Origin: Flectonema sp. DT1601
Taxonomy: Eukaryota
DNA length: 64,000 nucleotides
Assembly (NCBI GenBank): GCA_964019425.1
Contig: OZ025795.1
Coordinates: 372,001-436,000 of the forward strand
Reading direction: 5' to 3'
The translations under genes and the position numbers were made by a program. Position 1 is the first letter of the stretch, and every line of letters begins with the position of its first letter. Shown one piece after another: positions 49,014 through 62,800 of this stretch. The notes beneath the pieces were generated by a model. The model saw only the letters and a program-made list of their open reading frames with translations, had not been told where the DNA came from and searched no databases.

Positions 49014-50546
49014 ATTGTTTAATCTTTTTTTTTAAATTCTTTTTATTTATTTTTTAAAGAAAAAAAACGGAAAATAGAAATTAGTCGACAAAGTCGAACG
49101 ATAAAAAAACAATGATAACATTGTTTATTCTTTTTTTTTATTTTTTTTATATTTTTTTTTAATTAATTTTGAAAAAAAAACAATCAGTTTAGCGTCTTGA
49201 CCAGGACGGAAAATAGAAAGTGATCGACATAGTCGATCGATAAAAAAACAATGATAACATTGTTTATTCTTTTTTTTTATTTTAAATTCTTTTTATTTAT
49301 TTTTTAAAGAAAAAAAAACGGAAAATAGAAATTAGTCGACAAAGTCGAACGATAAAAAAAACAATGATAACATTGTTTATTCTTTTTTTTATTTTTTTTT
49401 TTATATTCTTTTTTATTAATTTTGAAAAAAAAAAAAAAAAAACAACCAGTTTAGCGTCTTGACCAGGACGGAAAATAGAAAGTAATCGACATAGTCGATC
49501 GATAAAAAAACAATGATAACATTGTTTATTCTTTTTTTTTTTAAATTCTTTTTATTTATTTTTTAAAGGAAAAAAAAAAACGGAAAATAGAAATTAGTCG
49601 ACAAAGTCGAACGATAAAAAAAAAAAAACAATGATAACATTGTTTATTCTTTTTTTTTTTTTTTAATTCTTTTTATTTATTAAAAAAAAAAAACAATCAG
49701 TTTAGCGTCTTGACCAGGACGGAAAATAGAAAGTGATCGACATAGTCGATCGATAAAAAAACAATGATAACATTGTTTATTCTTTTTTTTTATTTTAAAT
49801 TCTTTTTATTTATTTTTTAAAGAAAAAAAAAAACGGAAAATAGAAATTAGTCGACAAAGTCGAACGATAAAAAAAAAAAAACAATGATAACATTGTTTAT
49901 TCTTTTTTTTTTTATTTTTTTATATTCTTTTTTATTAATTTTGAAAAAAAAACAATCAGTTTAGCGTCTTGACCAGGACGGAAAATAGAAAGTGATCGAC
50001 ATAGTCGATCGATAAAAAAACAATGATAACATTGTTTATTCTTTTTTTTTATTTTAAATTCTTTTTATTTATTCTTTAAAGAAAAGAAACGGAAAATAGA
50101 AATTAGTCGACAAAGTCGAACGATAAAAAAAACAATGATAACATTGTTTATTCTTTTTTTTATTTTTTTTTTATATTCTTTTTTATTAATTTTGAAAAAA
50201 AAAAAAAAAAAAAAAAAATCAGTTTAGCGTCTTGACCAGGACGGAAAATAGAAAGTAATCGACATAGTCGATCGATAAAAAAACAATGATAACATTGTTT
50301 ATTCTTTTTTTTTTTTAAATTCTTTTTATTTATTTTTTAAAGGAAAAAAAAAACGGAAAATAGAAATTAGTCGACAAAGTCGAACGATAAAAAAACAATG
50401 ATAACATTGTTTATTTTTTTTTTTTTTTTTTTTTATTTCTTTTTATTTATTAAAAAAAAAAACAATCAGTTTAGCGTCTTGACCAGGACGGAAAATAGAA
50501 AGTGATCGACATAGTCGATCGATAAAAAAACAATGATAACATTGTT

Positions 50547-53500
50547 GGATAAGAGATTTGGGAGAGGAATAGGGGCAGTGAACTTTTGGTTCAGGCCCTT
50601 CCCATCGAACAGGACGAAGACTTCTAAAACCTGAGATGAACCAATTGAGTTGAAACAAACAAATAACAGAGACGCAACACATACCGGAACATCATCGCAA
50701 GCAATGCTTCGGACCTCCGTCGACCTTCGTTCTTCCGGCGGCAAAGGGAAACAAGAAAGAACGGGCAATGAGACAAACCTGTTAGTTGGTGTTGTGTTGT
50801 TGTTAAAAACAAAAACATAAACGCCAGGAAGTTCGACAACGAAGACATCGACATCGATCGCTGCTCTGCAGATGTCCGGCGGGTGTTTGTCTACACTGTG
50901 TTTATTGTTTGTTTTTTTCCCAAGGTTCAACCTTGGGAAGAGAAGTAAAAAATTCCGTCAATGTTGGCCTTCCTGTTCGAAGGTGCGCACCAATGACGAT
51001 AAATAGAGTGGGGGGAGAAAACCTTTGATCCAACTGGATCCCTTCACGAGCTGACATTGCCATGTGAAGTTAAATATTCTGGCGATGCCAGCTCAGGCGA
51101 CTTAGCCTGCTTTTTTCTTTAAATAAAAAAAATAAAAAGATACCAACAGGTGGGGTGATGGGTTGCGCCACTGCAATCCAGTCACAAAAAGAAACAAAGG
51201 TAATCTCAAGGGTTCTCGACCCTTGGCTCTCCCTGCGCAAGCATCGCATGGAGGGTGACGCTAAGCACCCGGGGGGTACGAAACAAACTTTCCCCCTGCT
51301 GTCCTGTTTGAAATAAAAAAAAAAAAACAAAGGGATAGAAGTAAACAGAATACGTTACACCTCAACAGGTGACGCTAAACACCCAGGGGATACAAACCAA
51401 ACTTTCCCCCTGTTGCCCTGTTTGAAATAAATTAAAAAAAGAACAAGAAAACAGAATACAATACTCAGCAATCAGACTCGTTCACTCGCTTCGCCAGAGC
51501 CGTTCGAGCCGATGCTCATGTAAAGTTACCTGTTTTCTTTTAACAAATTAAATAAAATAAGATAAATAAAAATAAAAATAAAGTAGCGCAACGGAGAGGA
51601 ATACATAACACCTCGACTCTTGCGCTAGCATCGCAAGGGGGGTACCCGGGAGATACAAACCAAACTTTCTCTGGAATACAGTACCTAACAATCAGTGCGT
51701 TCACTGGCCTTAGGGCTGTTCGAACTTATGCTTTGGACTGTTCCCTTGCAGAAAAAAAAAGTAAAATAAACCAACTTTGGGACATTAGAAAAGCATAAAA
51801 TAAAAGTTGCTACAACCAAAAGACAACTGCAAAAAAAAAGGTTTTTGTAGGGGAGCTACAATGTAGCAATAATGTCACACAGTCATGTGGCAAGCTGGAT
51901 AAGAGATTTGGGAGAGGAATAGGGGCAGTGAACTTTTGGTTCAGGCCCTTCCCATCGAACAGGACGAAGACTTCTAAAACCTGAGATGAACCAATTGAGT
52001 TGAAACAAACAAATAACAGAGACGCAACACATACCGGAACATCATCGCAAGCAATGCTTCGGACCTCCGTCGACCTTCGTTCTTCCGGCGGCAAAGGGAA
52101 ACAAGAAAGAACGGGCAATGAGACAAACCTGTTAGTTGGTGTTGTGTTGTTGTTAAAAACAAAAACATAAACGCCAGGAAGTTCGACAACGAAGACATCG
52201 ACATCGATCGCTGCTCTGCAGATGTCCGGCGGGTGTTTGTCTACACTGTGTTTATTGTTTGTTTTTTTCCCAAGGTTCAACCTTGGGAAGAGAAGTAAAA
52301 AATTCCGTCAATGTTGGCCTTCCTGTTCGAAGGTGCGCACCAATGACGATAAATAGAGTGGGGGGAGAAAACCTTTGATCCAACTGGATCCCTTCACGAG
52401 CTGACATTGCCATGTGAAGTTAAATATTCTGGCGATGCCAGCTCAGGCGACTTAGCCTGCTTTTTTCTTTAAATAAAAAAAATAAAAAGATACCAACAGG
52501 TGGGGTGATGGGTTGCGCCACTGCAATCCAGTCACAAAAAGAAACAAAGGTAATCTCAAGGGTTCTCGACCCTTGGCTCTCCCTGCGCAAGCATCGCATG
52601 GAGGGTGACGCTAAGCACCCGGGGGGTACGAAACAAACTTTCCCCCTGCTGTCCTGTTTGAAATAAAAAAAAAAAAACAAAGGGATAGAAGTAAACAGAA
52701 TACGTTACACCTCAACAGGTGACGCTAAACACCCAGGGGATACAAACCAAACTTTCCCCCTGTTGCCCTGTTTGAAATAAATTAAAAAAAGAACAAGAAA
52801 ACAGAATACAATACTCAGCAATCAGACTCGTTCACTCGCTTCGCCAGAGCCGTTCGAGCCGATGCTCATGTAAAGTTACCTGTTTTCTTTTAACAAATTA
52901 AATAAAATAAGATAAATAAAAATAAAAATAAAGTAGCGCAACGGAGAGGAATACATAACACCTCGACTCTTGCGCTAGCATCGCAAGGGGGGTACCCGGG
53001 AGATACAAACCAAACTTTCTCTGGAATACAGTACCTAACAATCAGTGCGTTCACTGGCCTTAGGGCTGTTCGAACTTATGCTTTGGACTGTTCCCTTGCA
53101 GAAAAAAAAAGTAAAATAAACCAACTTTGGGACATTAGAAAAGCATAAAATAAAAGTTGCTACAACCAAAAGACAACTGCAAAAAAAAAGGTTTTTGTAG
53201 GGGAGCTACAATGTAGCAATAATGTCACACAGTCATGTGGCAAGCTGGATAAGAGATTTGGGAGAGGAATAGGGGCAGTGAACTTTTGGTTCAGGCCCTT
53301 CCCATCGAACAGGACGAAGACTTCTAAAACCTGAGATGAACCAATTGAGTTGAAACAAACAAATAACAGAGACGCAACACATACCGGAACATCATCGCAA
53401 GCAATGCTTCGGACCTCCGTCGACCTTCGTTCTTCCGGCGGCAAAGGGAAACAAGAAAGAACGGGCAATGAGACAAACCTGTTAGTTGGTGTTGTGTTGT

Positions 53501-53769
53501 TGTTAAAAACAAAAACATAAACGCCAGGAAGTTCGACAACGAAGACATCGACATCGATCGCTGCTCTGCAGATGTCCGGCGGGTGTTTGTCTACACTGTG
53601 TTTATTGTTTGTTTTTTTCCCAAGGTTCAACCTTGGGAAGAGAAGTAAAAAATTCCGTCAATGTTGGCCTTCCTGTTCGAAGGTGCGCACCAATGACGAT
53701 AAATAGAGTGGGGGGAGAAAACCTTTGATCCAACTGGATCCCTTCACGAGCTGACATTGCCATGTGAAG
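50547..53769. mobile_element. Family C tandem array, about 2.4 units of 1350 bp
   Basis: Unit starts at 50547, 51897 and 53247. Confidence 0.88.
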
Positions 53770-53808
53770 TAGTCGATCGATAGAAAAAAAAACAATGATA
53801 ACATTGTT

Positions 53809-53845
<37 letters not shown>

Positions 53846-56800
53846 CTTTTAATTATTTTAAAGAAAAAACAATCAGTTTAGCGTCTTGACCAGTACGGAA
53901 AATAGAAAGTGATCGACATAGTCGATCGATAAAAAAACAATGATAACATTGTTTATTCTTTTTTTTTATTTTAAATTCTTTTTATTTATTCTTTAAAGAA
54001 AAGAAAACGGAAAATAAAAATTAGTCGACAAAGTCGAACGATAAAAAAAAAACAATGATAACATTGTTTATTCTTTTTTTTTTTGTTTTTTTTTTATATT
54101 CTTTTTTATTAATTTTGAAAAAAAAAACAATCAGTTTAGCGTCTTGACCAGGACGGAAAATAGAAAGTAATCGACATAGTCGATCGATAAAAAAACAATG
54201 ATAACCATGGTGTCCAACTAAATTAAAGGACAAGTCTGGGATAATCCCTGCCAGAGGGGCGAGTATTCTACCATGGTTGAAATACTCTGGCAACTGATCT
54301 TCAATTTTATGTTGTTTGTTAGCTGCTGGTGTATCTAGATTATGTGTTGATACTTGCATTTTTTTATTTGTAATCTTCTATTACAATTCTCTTTCTGTTC
54401 TGGTCTGTTACTTCATTTGTCTTGTTTAACTTCAGTTATATCCATTTTACTTTTTATTGTTTCCCATCTACTTTTTATTTTCTATTAGTTCTGGTCAGAA
54501 ACTCCTGGGCAGCAAGAAGGAAAGCAGTTTAGTACTTCTGGGTGTTTGGCATCACCCCCCATAGTGAGCAAGTACAACAGGTAGCATTGGTAGTCTGTTG
54601 ATCCTGAGTGATCCCAGCTACAGTTTTGTTTTTCTTTCTTTTTTTTAGAAGAAGATCAGGACATCCAAGCACTGCTGGATAGTTGCTGAATGCAGGGCCT
54701 GCCTGTGGCATTATAATAACAGGCTAAGTCATTTGTAGTTCATAGTTTACCTTTGATTTTATAACTTCACATAGGGTACTATGAACGATGAGAGATCCAG
54801 TGGGATCACTCAGGGTCTAGTAGAGACCACCAATGTTGTGCGTTGATAGGCAAGGTGACCAACCTTGACATTCTTTCTTTTCTCTCCTGTTGTGACAAAC
54901 ACAAAATACACACACAGCTTACAGTGTGTTCTTTGTGTATGTTTTCTTCAGGTGTGAGTAGTTTTTTTGTTCTTGCTCTTCAGGGAGGGCCTTAGCCAAA
55001 AGCTAACAGTCCAAATCTCACCTGGAAATTCAACTCAGTCCTTGTCAGTTTTGGCATCAAACTTGTAATGGTTTAATCATTACAGGTTATTTACTGAAAT
55101 ATTTGTTCTAAAAGTTGCTAAGTATTTCTCACTTAGAAATTTTTTATTTTTTTATTTTCAGCTTAATTAGCTACAAATTGTTTCTACTAAGTGTTTCTCA
55201 CTTAGTTTTTTTTTTTGCTTTTCAGCTCCTTAAAAGCTGCTAAGTGTTTCTGCTAAGTGTTTCTCACTTAGAATTTTATTTTTATGTTCGTTTTCTATCC
55301 CTTCTCCTATCCCTTTTGTTCAAAATAAGCGGGAGGAAATTCTCTCATTCACGCTAAGATGCACTCTGAACTTTGATTTTTTGATCTGAGTGTGAGGGAA
55401 TGACCTATTAGTGCATTGGGCATAGGCTGGGCTGCAGTTTAGATGTCTTAGGTGTTAATAGGGGGTTCCTCTTAGCATTTTTCTTTGTTCCCACCATATG
55501 ATTTTCTTGAAGAAAAAAAATAGAAGTCATAATGGTGCTTCCCTCTGGAAGGGTTGTAAGCCATGGTGTCCAACTAAATTAAAGGACAAGTCTGGGATAA
55601 TCCCTGCCAGAGGGGCGAGTATTCTACCATGGTTGAAATACTCTGGCAACTGATCTTCAATTTTATGTTGTTTGTTAGCTGCTGGTGTATCTAGATTATG
55701 TGTTGATACTTGCATTTTTTTATTTGTAATCTTCTATTACAATTCTCTTTCTGTTCTGGTCTGTTACTTCATTTGTCTTGTTTAACTTCAGTTATATCCA
55801 TTTTACTTTTTATTGTTTCCCATCTACTTTTTATTTTCTATTAGTTCTGGTCAGAAACTCCTGGGCAGCAAGAAGGAAAGCAGTTTAGTACTTCTGGGTG
55901 TTTGGCATCACCCCCCATAGTGAGCAAGTACAACAGGTAGCATTGGTAGTCTGTTGATCCTGAGTGATCCCAGCTACAGTTTTGTTTTTCTTTCTTTTTT
56001 TTAGAAGAAGATCAGGACATCCAAGCACTGCTGGATAGTTGCTGAATGCAGGGCCTGCCTGTGGCATTATAATAACAGGCTAAGTCATTTGTAGTTCATA
56101 GTTTACCTTTGATTTTATAACTTCACATAGGGTACTATGAACGATGAGAGATCCAGTGGGATCACTCAGGGTCTAGTAGAGACCACCAATGTTGTGCGTT
56201 GATAGGCAAGGTGACCAACCTTGACATTCTTTCTTTTCTCTCCTGTTGTGACAAACACAAAATACACACACAGCTTACAGTGTGTTCTTTGTGTATGTTT
56301 TCTTCAGGTGTGAGTAGTTTTTTTGTTCTTGCTCTTCAGGGAGGGCCTTAGCCAAAAGCTAACAGTCCAAATCTCACCTGGAAATTCAACTCATTGTTTA
56401 ATCTTTTTTTTTAAATTCTTTTTATTTATTTTTTAAAGAAAAAAAACGGAAAATAGAAATTAGTCGACAAAGTCGAACGATAAAAAAACAATGATAACAT
56501 TGTTTATTCTTTTTTTTTATTTTTTTTATATTTTTTTTTAATTAATTTTGAAAAAAAAACAATCAGTTTAGCGTCTTGACCAGGACGGAAAATAGAAAGT
56601 GATCGACATAGTCGATCGATAAAAAAACAATGATAACATTGTTTATTCTTTTTTTTTATTTTAAATTCTTTTTATTTATTTTTTAAAGAAAAAAAAACGG
56701 AAAATAGAAATTAGTCGACAAAGTCGAACGATAAAAAAAACAATGATAACATTGTTTATTCTTTTTTTTATTTTTTTTTTTATATTCTTTTTTATTAATT

Positions 56801-58247
56801 TTGAAAAAAAAAAAAAAAAAACAACCAGTTTAGCGTCTTGACCAGGACGGAAAATAGAAAGTAATCGACATAGTCGATCGATAAAAAAACAATGATAACA
56901 TTGTTTATTCTTTTTTTTTTTAAATTCTTTTTATTTATTTTTTAAAGGAAAAAAAAAAACGGAAAATAGAAATTAGTCGACAAAGTCGAACGATAAAAAA
57001 AAAAAAACAATGATAACATTGTTTATTCTTTTTTTTTTTTTTTTAATTCTTTTTATTTATTAAAAAAAAAAAACAATCAGTTTAGCGTCTTGACCAGGAC
57101 GGAAAATAGAAAGTGATCGACATAGTCGATCGATAAAAAAACAATGATAACATTGTTTATTCTTTTTTTTTATTTTAAATTCTTTTTATTTATTTTTTAA
57201 AGAAAAAAAAAAACGGAAAATAGAAATTAGTCGACAAAGTCGAACGATAAAAAAAAAAAAACAATGATAACATTGTTTATTCTTTTTTTTTTTATTTTTT
57301 TATATTCTTTTTTATTAATTTTGAAAAAAAAACAATCAGTTTAGCGTCTTGACCAGGACGGAAAATAGAAAGTGATCGACATAGTCGATCGATAAAAAAA
57401 CAATGATAACATTGTTTATTCTTTTTTTTTATTTTAAATTCTTTTTATTTATTCTTTAAAGAAAAGAAACGGAAAATAGAAATTAGTCGACAAAGTCGAA
57501 CGATAAAAAAAACAATGATAACATTGTTTATTCTTTTTTTTATTTTTTTTTTATATTCTTTTTTATTAATTTTGAAAAAAAAAAAAAAAAAAAAACAATC
57601 AGTTTAGCGTCTTGACCAGGACGGAAAATAGAAAGTAATCGACATAGTCGATCGATAAAAAAACAATGATAACATTGTTTATTCTTTTTTTTTTTTAAAT
57701 TCTTTTTATTTATTTTTTAAAGGAAAAAAAAAACGGAAAATAGAAATTAGTCGACAAAGTCGAACGATAAAAAAACAATGATAACATTGTTTATTTTTTT
57801 TTTTTTTTTTTTTTATTTCTTTTTATTTATTAAAAAAAAAAACAATCAGTTTAGCGTCTTGACCAGGACGGAAAATAGAAAGTGATCGACATAGTCGATC
57901 GATAAAAAAACAATGATAACATTGTTGGATAAGAGATTTGGGAGAGGAATAGGGGCAGTGAACTTTTGGTTCAGGCCCTTCCCATCGAACAGGACGAAGA
58001 CTTCTAAAACCTGAGATGAACCAATTGAGTTGAAACAAACAAATAACAGAGACGCAACACATACCGGAACATCATCGCAAGCAATGCTTCGGACCTCCGT
58101 CGACCTTCGTTCTTCCGGCGGCAAAGGGAAACAAGAAAGAACGGGCAATGAGACAAACCTGTTAGTTGGTGTTGTGTTGTTGTTAAAAACAAAAACATAA
58201 ACGCCAGGAAGTTCGACAACGAAGACATCGACATCGATCGCTGCTCT
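52714..58247. repeat. Second copy of a duplicated block, offset 7379-7380 bp from about 45338-50867 (C-A-B-A-C)
   Basis: Identical junctions and ORFs recur at +7379/+7380 (46642/54021, 50443/57823); includes B 54206-56392. Confidence 0.92.
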
Positions 58248-58324
58248 ACTATGTCGATTACTTTCTATTTTCCGTCCTGGTCAAGACGCTAAACTGATTG
58301 TTTTTTCTTTAAAAAAAAAAAAAG

Positions 58325-58361
<37 letters not shown>

Positions 58362-59135
58362 ATAAACAATGTTATCATTGTTTTTTTTTTATCGATCGAC
58401 TATGTCGATCACTTTCTATTTTCCGTCCTGGTCAAGACGCTAAACTGATTGTTTTTTTTTTCAAAATTAATAAAAAAGAATATAAAAAAAAAAATAAAAA
58501 AAAAAGAATAAACAATGTTATCATTGTTTTTTTTTTTATCGTTCGACTTTGTTGACTAATTTCTATTTTCCGTTTTTTTTCTTTTTAAAATAAAAAGAAT
58601 TTAAAAAAAAAAAAAAAAAAGAGTAAACAATGTTATCATTGTTTTTTTTATCGATCGACTATGTCGATTACTTTCTATTTTCCGTCCTGGTCAAGACGCT
58701 AAACTGATTGTTTTTTTTTCAAAATTAATAAAAAAGAATATAAAAAAAAACAAAAAAAAAAAGAATAAACAATGTTATCATTGTTTTTTTTTATCGTTCG
58801 ACTTTGTCGACTAATTTTTATTTTCCGTTTTTTTTCTTTAAAAATAAATAAAAAGAATTTAAAAAAAAAAAAAAAAAAAGAATAAACAATGTTATCATTG
58901 TTTTTTTATCGATCGACTATGTCGATCACTTTCTATTTTCCGTCCTGGTCAAGACGCTAAACTGATTGTTTTTTCTTTAAAATAATAAAAAGGATTAAAA
59001 AAAAAAAAAAAAAAAAAAAAGAATAAACAATGTTATCATTGTTTTTTATCGATCGACTATGTCGATCACTTTCTATTTTCCGTCCTGGTCAAGACGCTAA
59101 ACTGATTGTTTTTTCTTTAAAAAATAATTAAAAGG

Positions 59136-59166
<31 letters not shown>

Positions 59167-59558
59167 ATAAACAATGTTATCATTGTTTTTTTATCGATCG
59201 ACTATGTCGATCACTTTCAATTTTCCGTCCTGGTCAGGACGCTAAACTGATTGTTTTTTCTTTAAAAATAAATAAAAAGAATAAAAAAAAAGAAAAAAAA
59301 AAGGAATAAACAATGTTATCATTGTTTTTTTTTTATCGATCGACTATGTCGATTACTTTCTATTTTCCGTCCTGGTCAGGACGCTAAACTGATTGTTTTT
59401 TCTTTAAAAATAAATAAAAAGAATAAAAAAAAAAGAAAAAAAAAAGGAATAAACAATGTTATCATTGTTTTTTATCGATCGACTATGTCGATCACTTTCT
59501 ATTTTCCGTCCTGGTCAAGACGCTAAACTGATTGTTTTTTCTTTAAAATAATTAAAAG

Positions 59559-59591
<33 letters not shown>

Positions 59592-59844
59592 ATAAACAAT
59601 GTTATCATTGTCTTTTTTCTATCGATCGACTATGTGGATCACTTTCAATTTTCCGTCCTGGTCAGGACGCTAAACTGATTGTTTTTTCTTTAAAAATAAA
59701 TAAAAAGAATAAAAAAAAAAAAAAAAAAAAGGAATAAACAATGTTATCATTGTTTTTTTTCTATCGATCGACTATGTCGATTAATTTCTATTTTCCGTCC
59801 TGATCGAGACGCTAAACTGATTGTTTCCTTTTTTTAAATAATAA

Positions 59845-59882
<38 letters not shown>

Positions 59883-62800
59883 ATCTCCCTGCTATCCTCA
59901 TATCCCCACAATAATATTATACCTTTTCATTTTCTCTTTCCTTTTCTGGTCTTTTTTTTTTCTTTTTTTCCTTTTTCATACAACGTTTTTTATTTATATT
60001 TTATTTTTTTTTTTTTTTTTCATGTTTGATTATTTCCTCTTCATATTTTTTTTCTATTCTTTCTTTTTTTTTTTTTTTTTTTTTTTCTCTACCTCTCTCT
60101 TAATTCTGTTCGTTTCTTTGAAACGAAAATTCATTTGAATATTATTCCTTGGTCAGCAACCATCATTGTCGCCCTTTGGGCCTGTTAAAAAAAAAAAAAA
60201 AATAAAAAGAAAGTTTACGTCGGGAATAGGGCAGGAGCCAAAAGCTCCCAGTCCGTTACTTCCCACTTATCGAAATTCAGATGTCCGGCGGGTGTTTGTC
60301 TACACTGTGTTTATTGTTTGTTTTTTTCCCAAGGTTCAACCTTGGGAAGAGAAGTAAAAAATTCCGTCAATGTTGGCCTTCCTGTTCGAAGGTGCGCACC
60401 AATGACGATAAATAGAGTGGGGGGAGAAAACCTTTGATCCAACTGGATCCCTTCACGAGCTGACATTGCCATGTGAAGTTAAATATTCTGGCGATGCCAG
60501 CTCAGGCGACTTAGCCTGCTTTTTTCTTTAAATAAAAAAAATAAAAAGATACCAACAGGTGGGGTGATGGGTTGCGCCACTGCAATCCAGTCACAAAAAG
60601 AAACAAAGGTAATCTCAAGGGTTCTCGACCCTTGGCTCTCCCTGCGCAAGCATCGCATGGAGGGTGACGCTAAGCACCCGGGGGGTACGAAACAAACTTT
60701 CCCCCTGCTGTCCTGTTTGAAATAAAAAAAAAAAACAAAGGGATAGAAGTAAACAGAATACGTTACACCTCAACAGGTGACGCTAAACACCCAGGGGATA
60801 CAAACCAAACTTTCCCCCTGTTGCCCTGTTTGAAATAAATTAAAAAAAGAACAAGAAAACAGAATACAATACTCAGCAATCAGACTCGTTCACTCGCTTC
60901 GCCAGAGCCGTTCGAGCCGATGCTCATGTAAAGTTACCTGTTTTCTTTTAACAAATTAAATAAAATAAGATAAATAAAAATAAAAATAAAGTAGCGCAAC
61001 GGAGAGGAATACATAACACCTCGACTCTTGCGCTAGCATCGCAAGGGGGGTACCCGGGAGATACAAACCAAACTTTCTCTGGAATACAGTACCTAACAAT
61101 CAGTGCGTTCACTGGCCTTAGGGCTGTTCGAACTTATGCTTTGGACTGTTCCCTTGCAGAAAAAAAAAGTAAAATAAACCAACTTTGGGACATTAGAAAA
61201 GCATAAAATAAAAGTTGCTACAACCAAAAGACAACTGCAAAAAAAAAGGTTTTTGTAGGGGAGCTACAATGTAGCAATAATGTCACACAGTCATGTGGCA
61301 AGCTGGATAAGAGATTTGGGAGAGGAATAGGGGCAGTGAACTTTTGGTTCAGGCCCTTCCCATCGAACAGGACGAAGACTTCTAAAACCTGAGATGAACC
61401 AATTGAGTTGAAACAAACAAATAACAGAGACGCAACACATACCGGAACATCATCGCAAGCAATGCTTCGGACCTCCGTCGACCTTCGTTCTTCCGGCGGC
61501 AAAGGGAAACAAGAAAGAACGGGCAATGAGACAAACCTGTTAGTTGGTGTTGTGTTGTTGTTAAAAACAAAAACATAAACGCCAGGAAGTTCGACAACGA
61601 AGACATCGACATCGATCGCTGCTCTGCAGATGTCCGGCGGGTGTTTGTCTACACTGTGTTTATTGTTTGTTTTTTTCCCAAGGTTCAACCTTGGGAAGAG
61701 AAGTAAAAAATTCCGTCAATGTTGGCCTTCCTGTTCGAAGGTGCGCACCAATGACGATAAATAGAGTGGGGGGAGAAAACCTTTGATCCAACTGGATCCC
61801 TTCACGAGCTGACATTGCCATGTGAAGTTAAATATTCTGGCGATGCCAGCTCAGGCGACTTAGCCTGCTTTTTTCTTTAAATAAAAAAAATAAAAAGATA
61901 CCAACAGGTGGGGTGATGGGTTGCGCCACTGCAATCCAGTCACAAAAAGAAACAAAGGTAATCTCAAGGGTTCTCGACCCTTGGCTCTCCCTGCGCAAGC
62001 ATCGCATGGAGGGTGACGCTAAGCACCCGGGGGGTACGAAACAAACTTTCCCCCTGCTGTCCTGTTTGAAATAAAAAAAAAAAAACAAAGGGATAGAAGT
62101 AAACAGAATACGTTACACCTCAACAGGTGACGCTAAACACCCAGGGGATACAAACCAAACTTTCCCCCTGTTGCCCTGTTTGAAATAAATTAAAAAAAGA
62201 ACAAGAAAACAGAATACAATACTCAGCAATCAGACTCGTTCACTCGCTTCGCCAGAGCCGTTCGAGCCGATGCTCATGTAAAGTTACCTGTTTTCTTTTA
62301 ACAAATTAAATAAAATAAGATAAATAAAAATAAAAATAAAGTAGCGCAACGGAGAGGAATACATAACACCTCGACTCTTGCGCTAGCATCGCAAGGGGGG
62401 TACCCGGGAGATACAAACCAAACTTTCTCTGGAATACAGTACCTAACAATCAGTGCGTTCACTGGCCTTAGGGCTGTTCGAACTTATGCTTTGGACTGTT
62501 CCCTTGCAGAAAAAAAAAGTAAAATAAACCAACTTTGGGACATTAGAAAAGCATAAAATAAAAGTTGCTACAACCAAAAGACAACTGCAAAAAAAAAGGT
62601 TTTTGTAGGGGAGCTACAATGTAGCAATAATGTCACACAGTCATGTGGCAAGCTGGATAAGAGATTTGGGAGAGGAATAGGGGCAGTGAACTTTTGGTTC
62701 AGGCCCTTCCCATCGAACAGGACGAAGACTTCTAAAACCTGAGATGAACCAATTGAGTTGAAACAAACAAATAACAGAGACGCAACACATACCGGAACAT

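Larger units (their letters stand above)
42344..50546. mobile_element. Family A copy 3, split by three nested insertions (A parts: 42344-42521, 44424-44754, 46391-46826, 49014-50546)
   Basis: Removing the B, C and B inserts rejoins A sequence: AGAAT/AAGAGAGAGG, ATCGACA/TAGTCG, GATAAC/ATTGTT. Confidence 0.85.
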
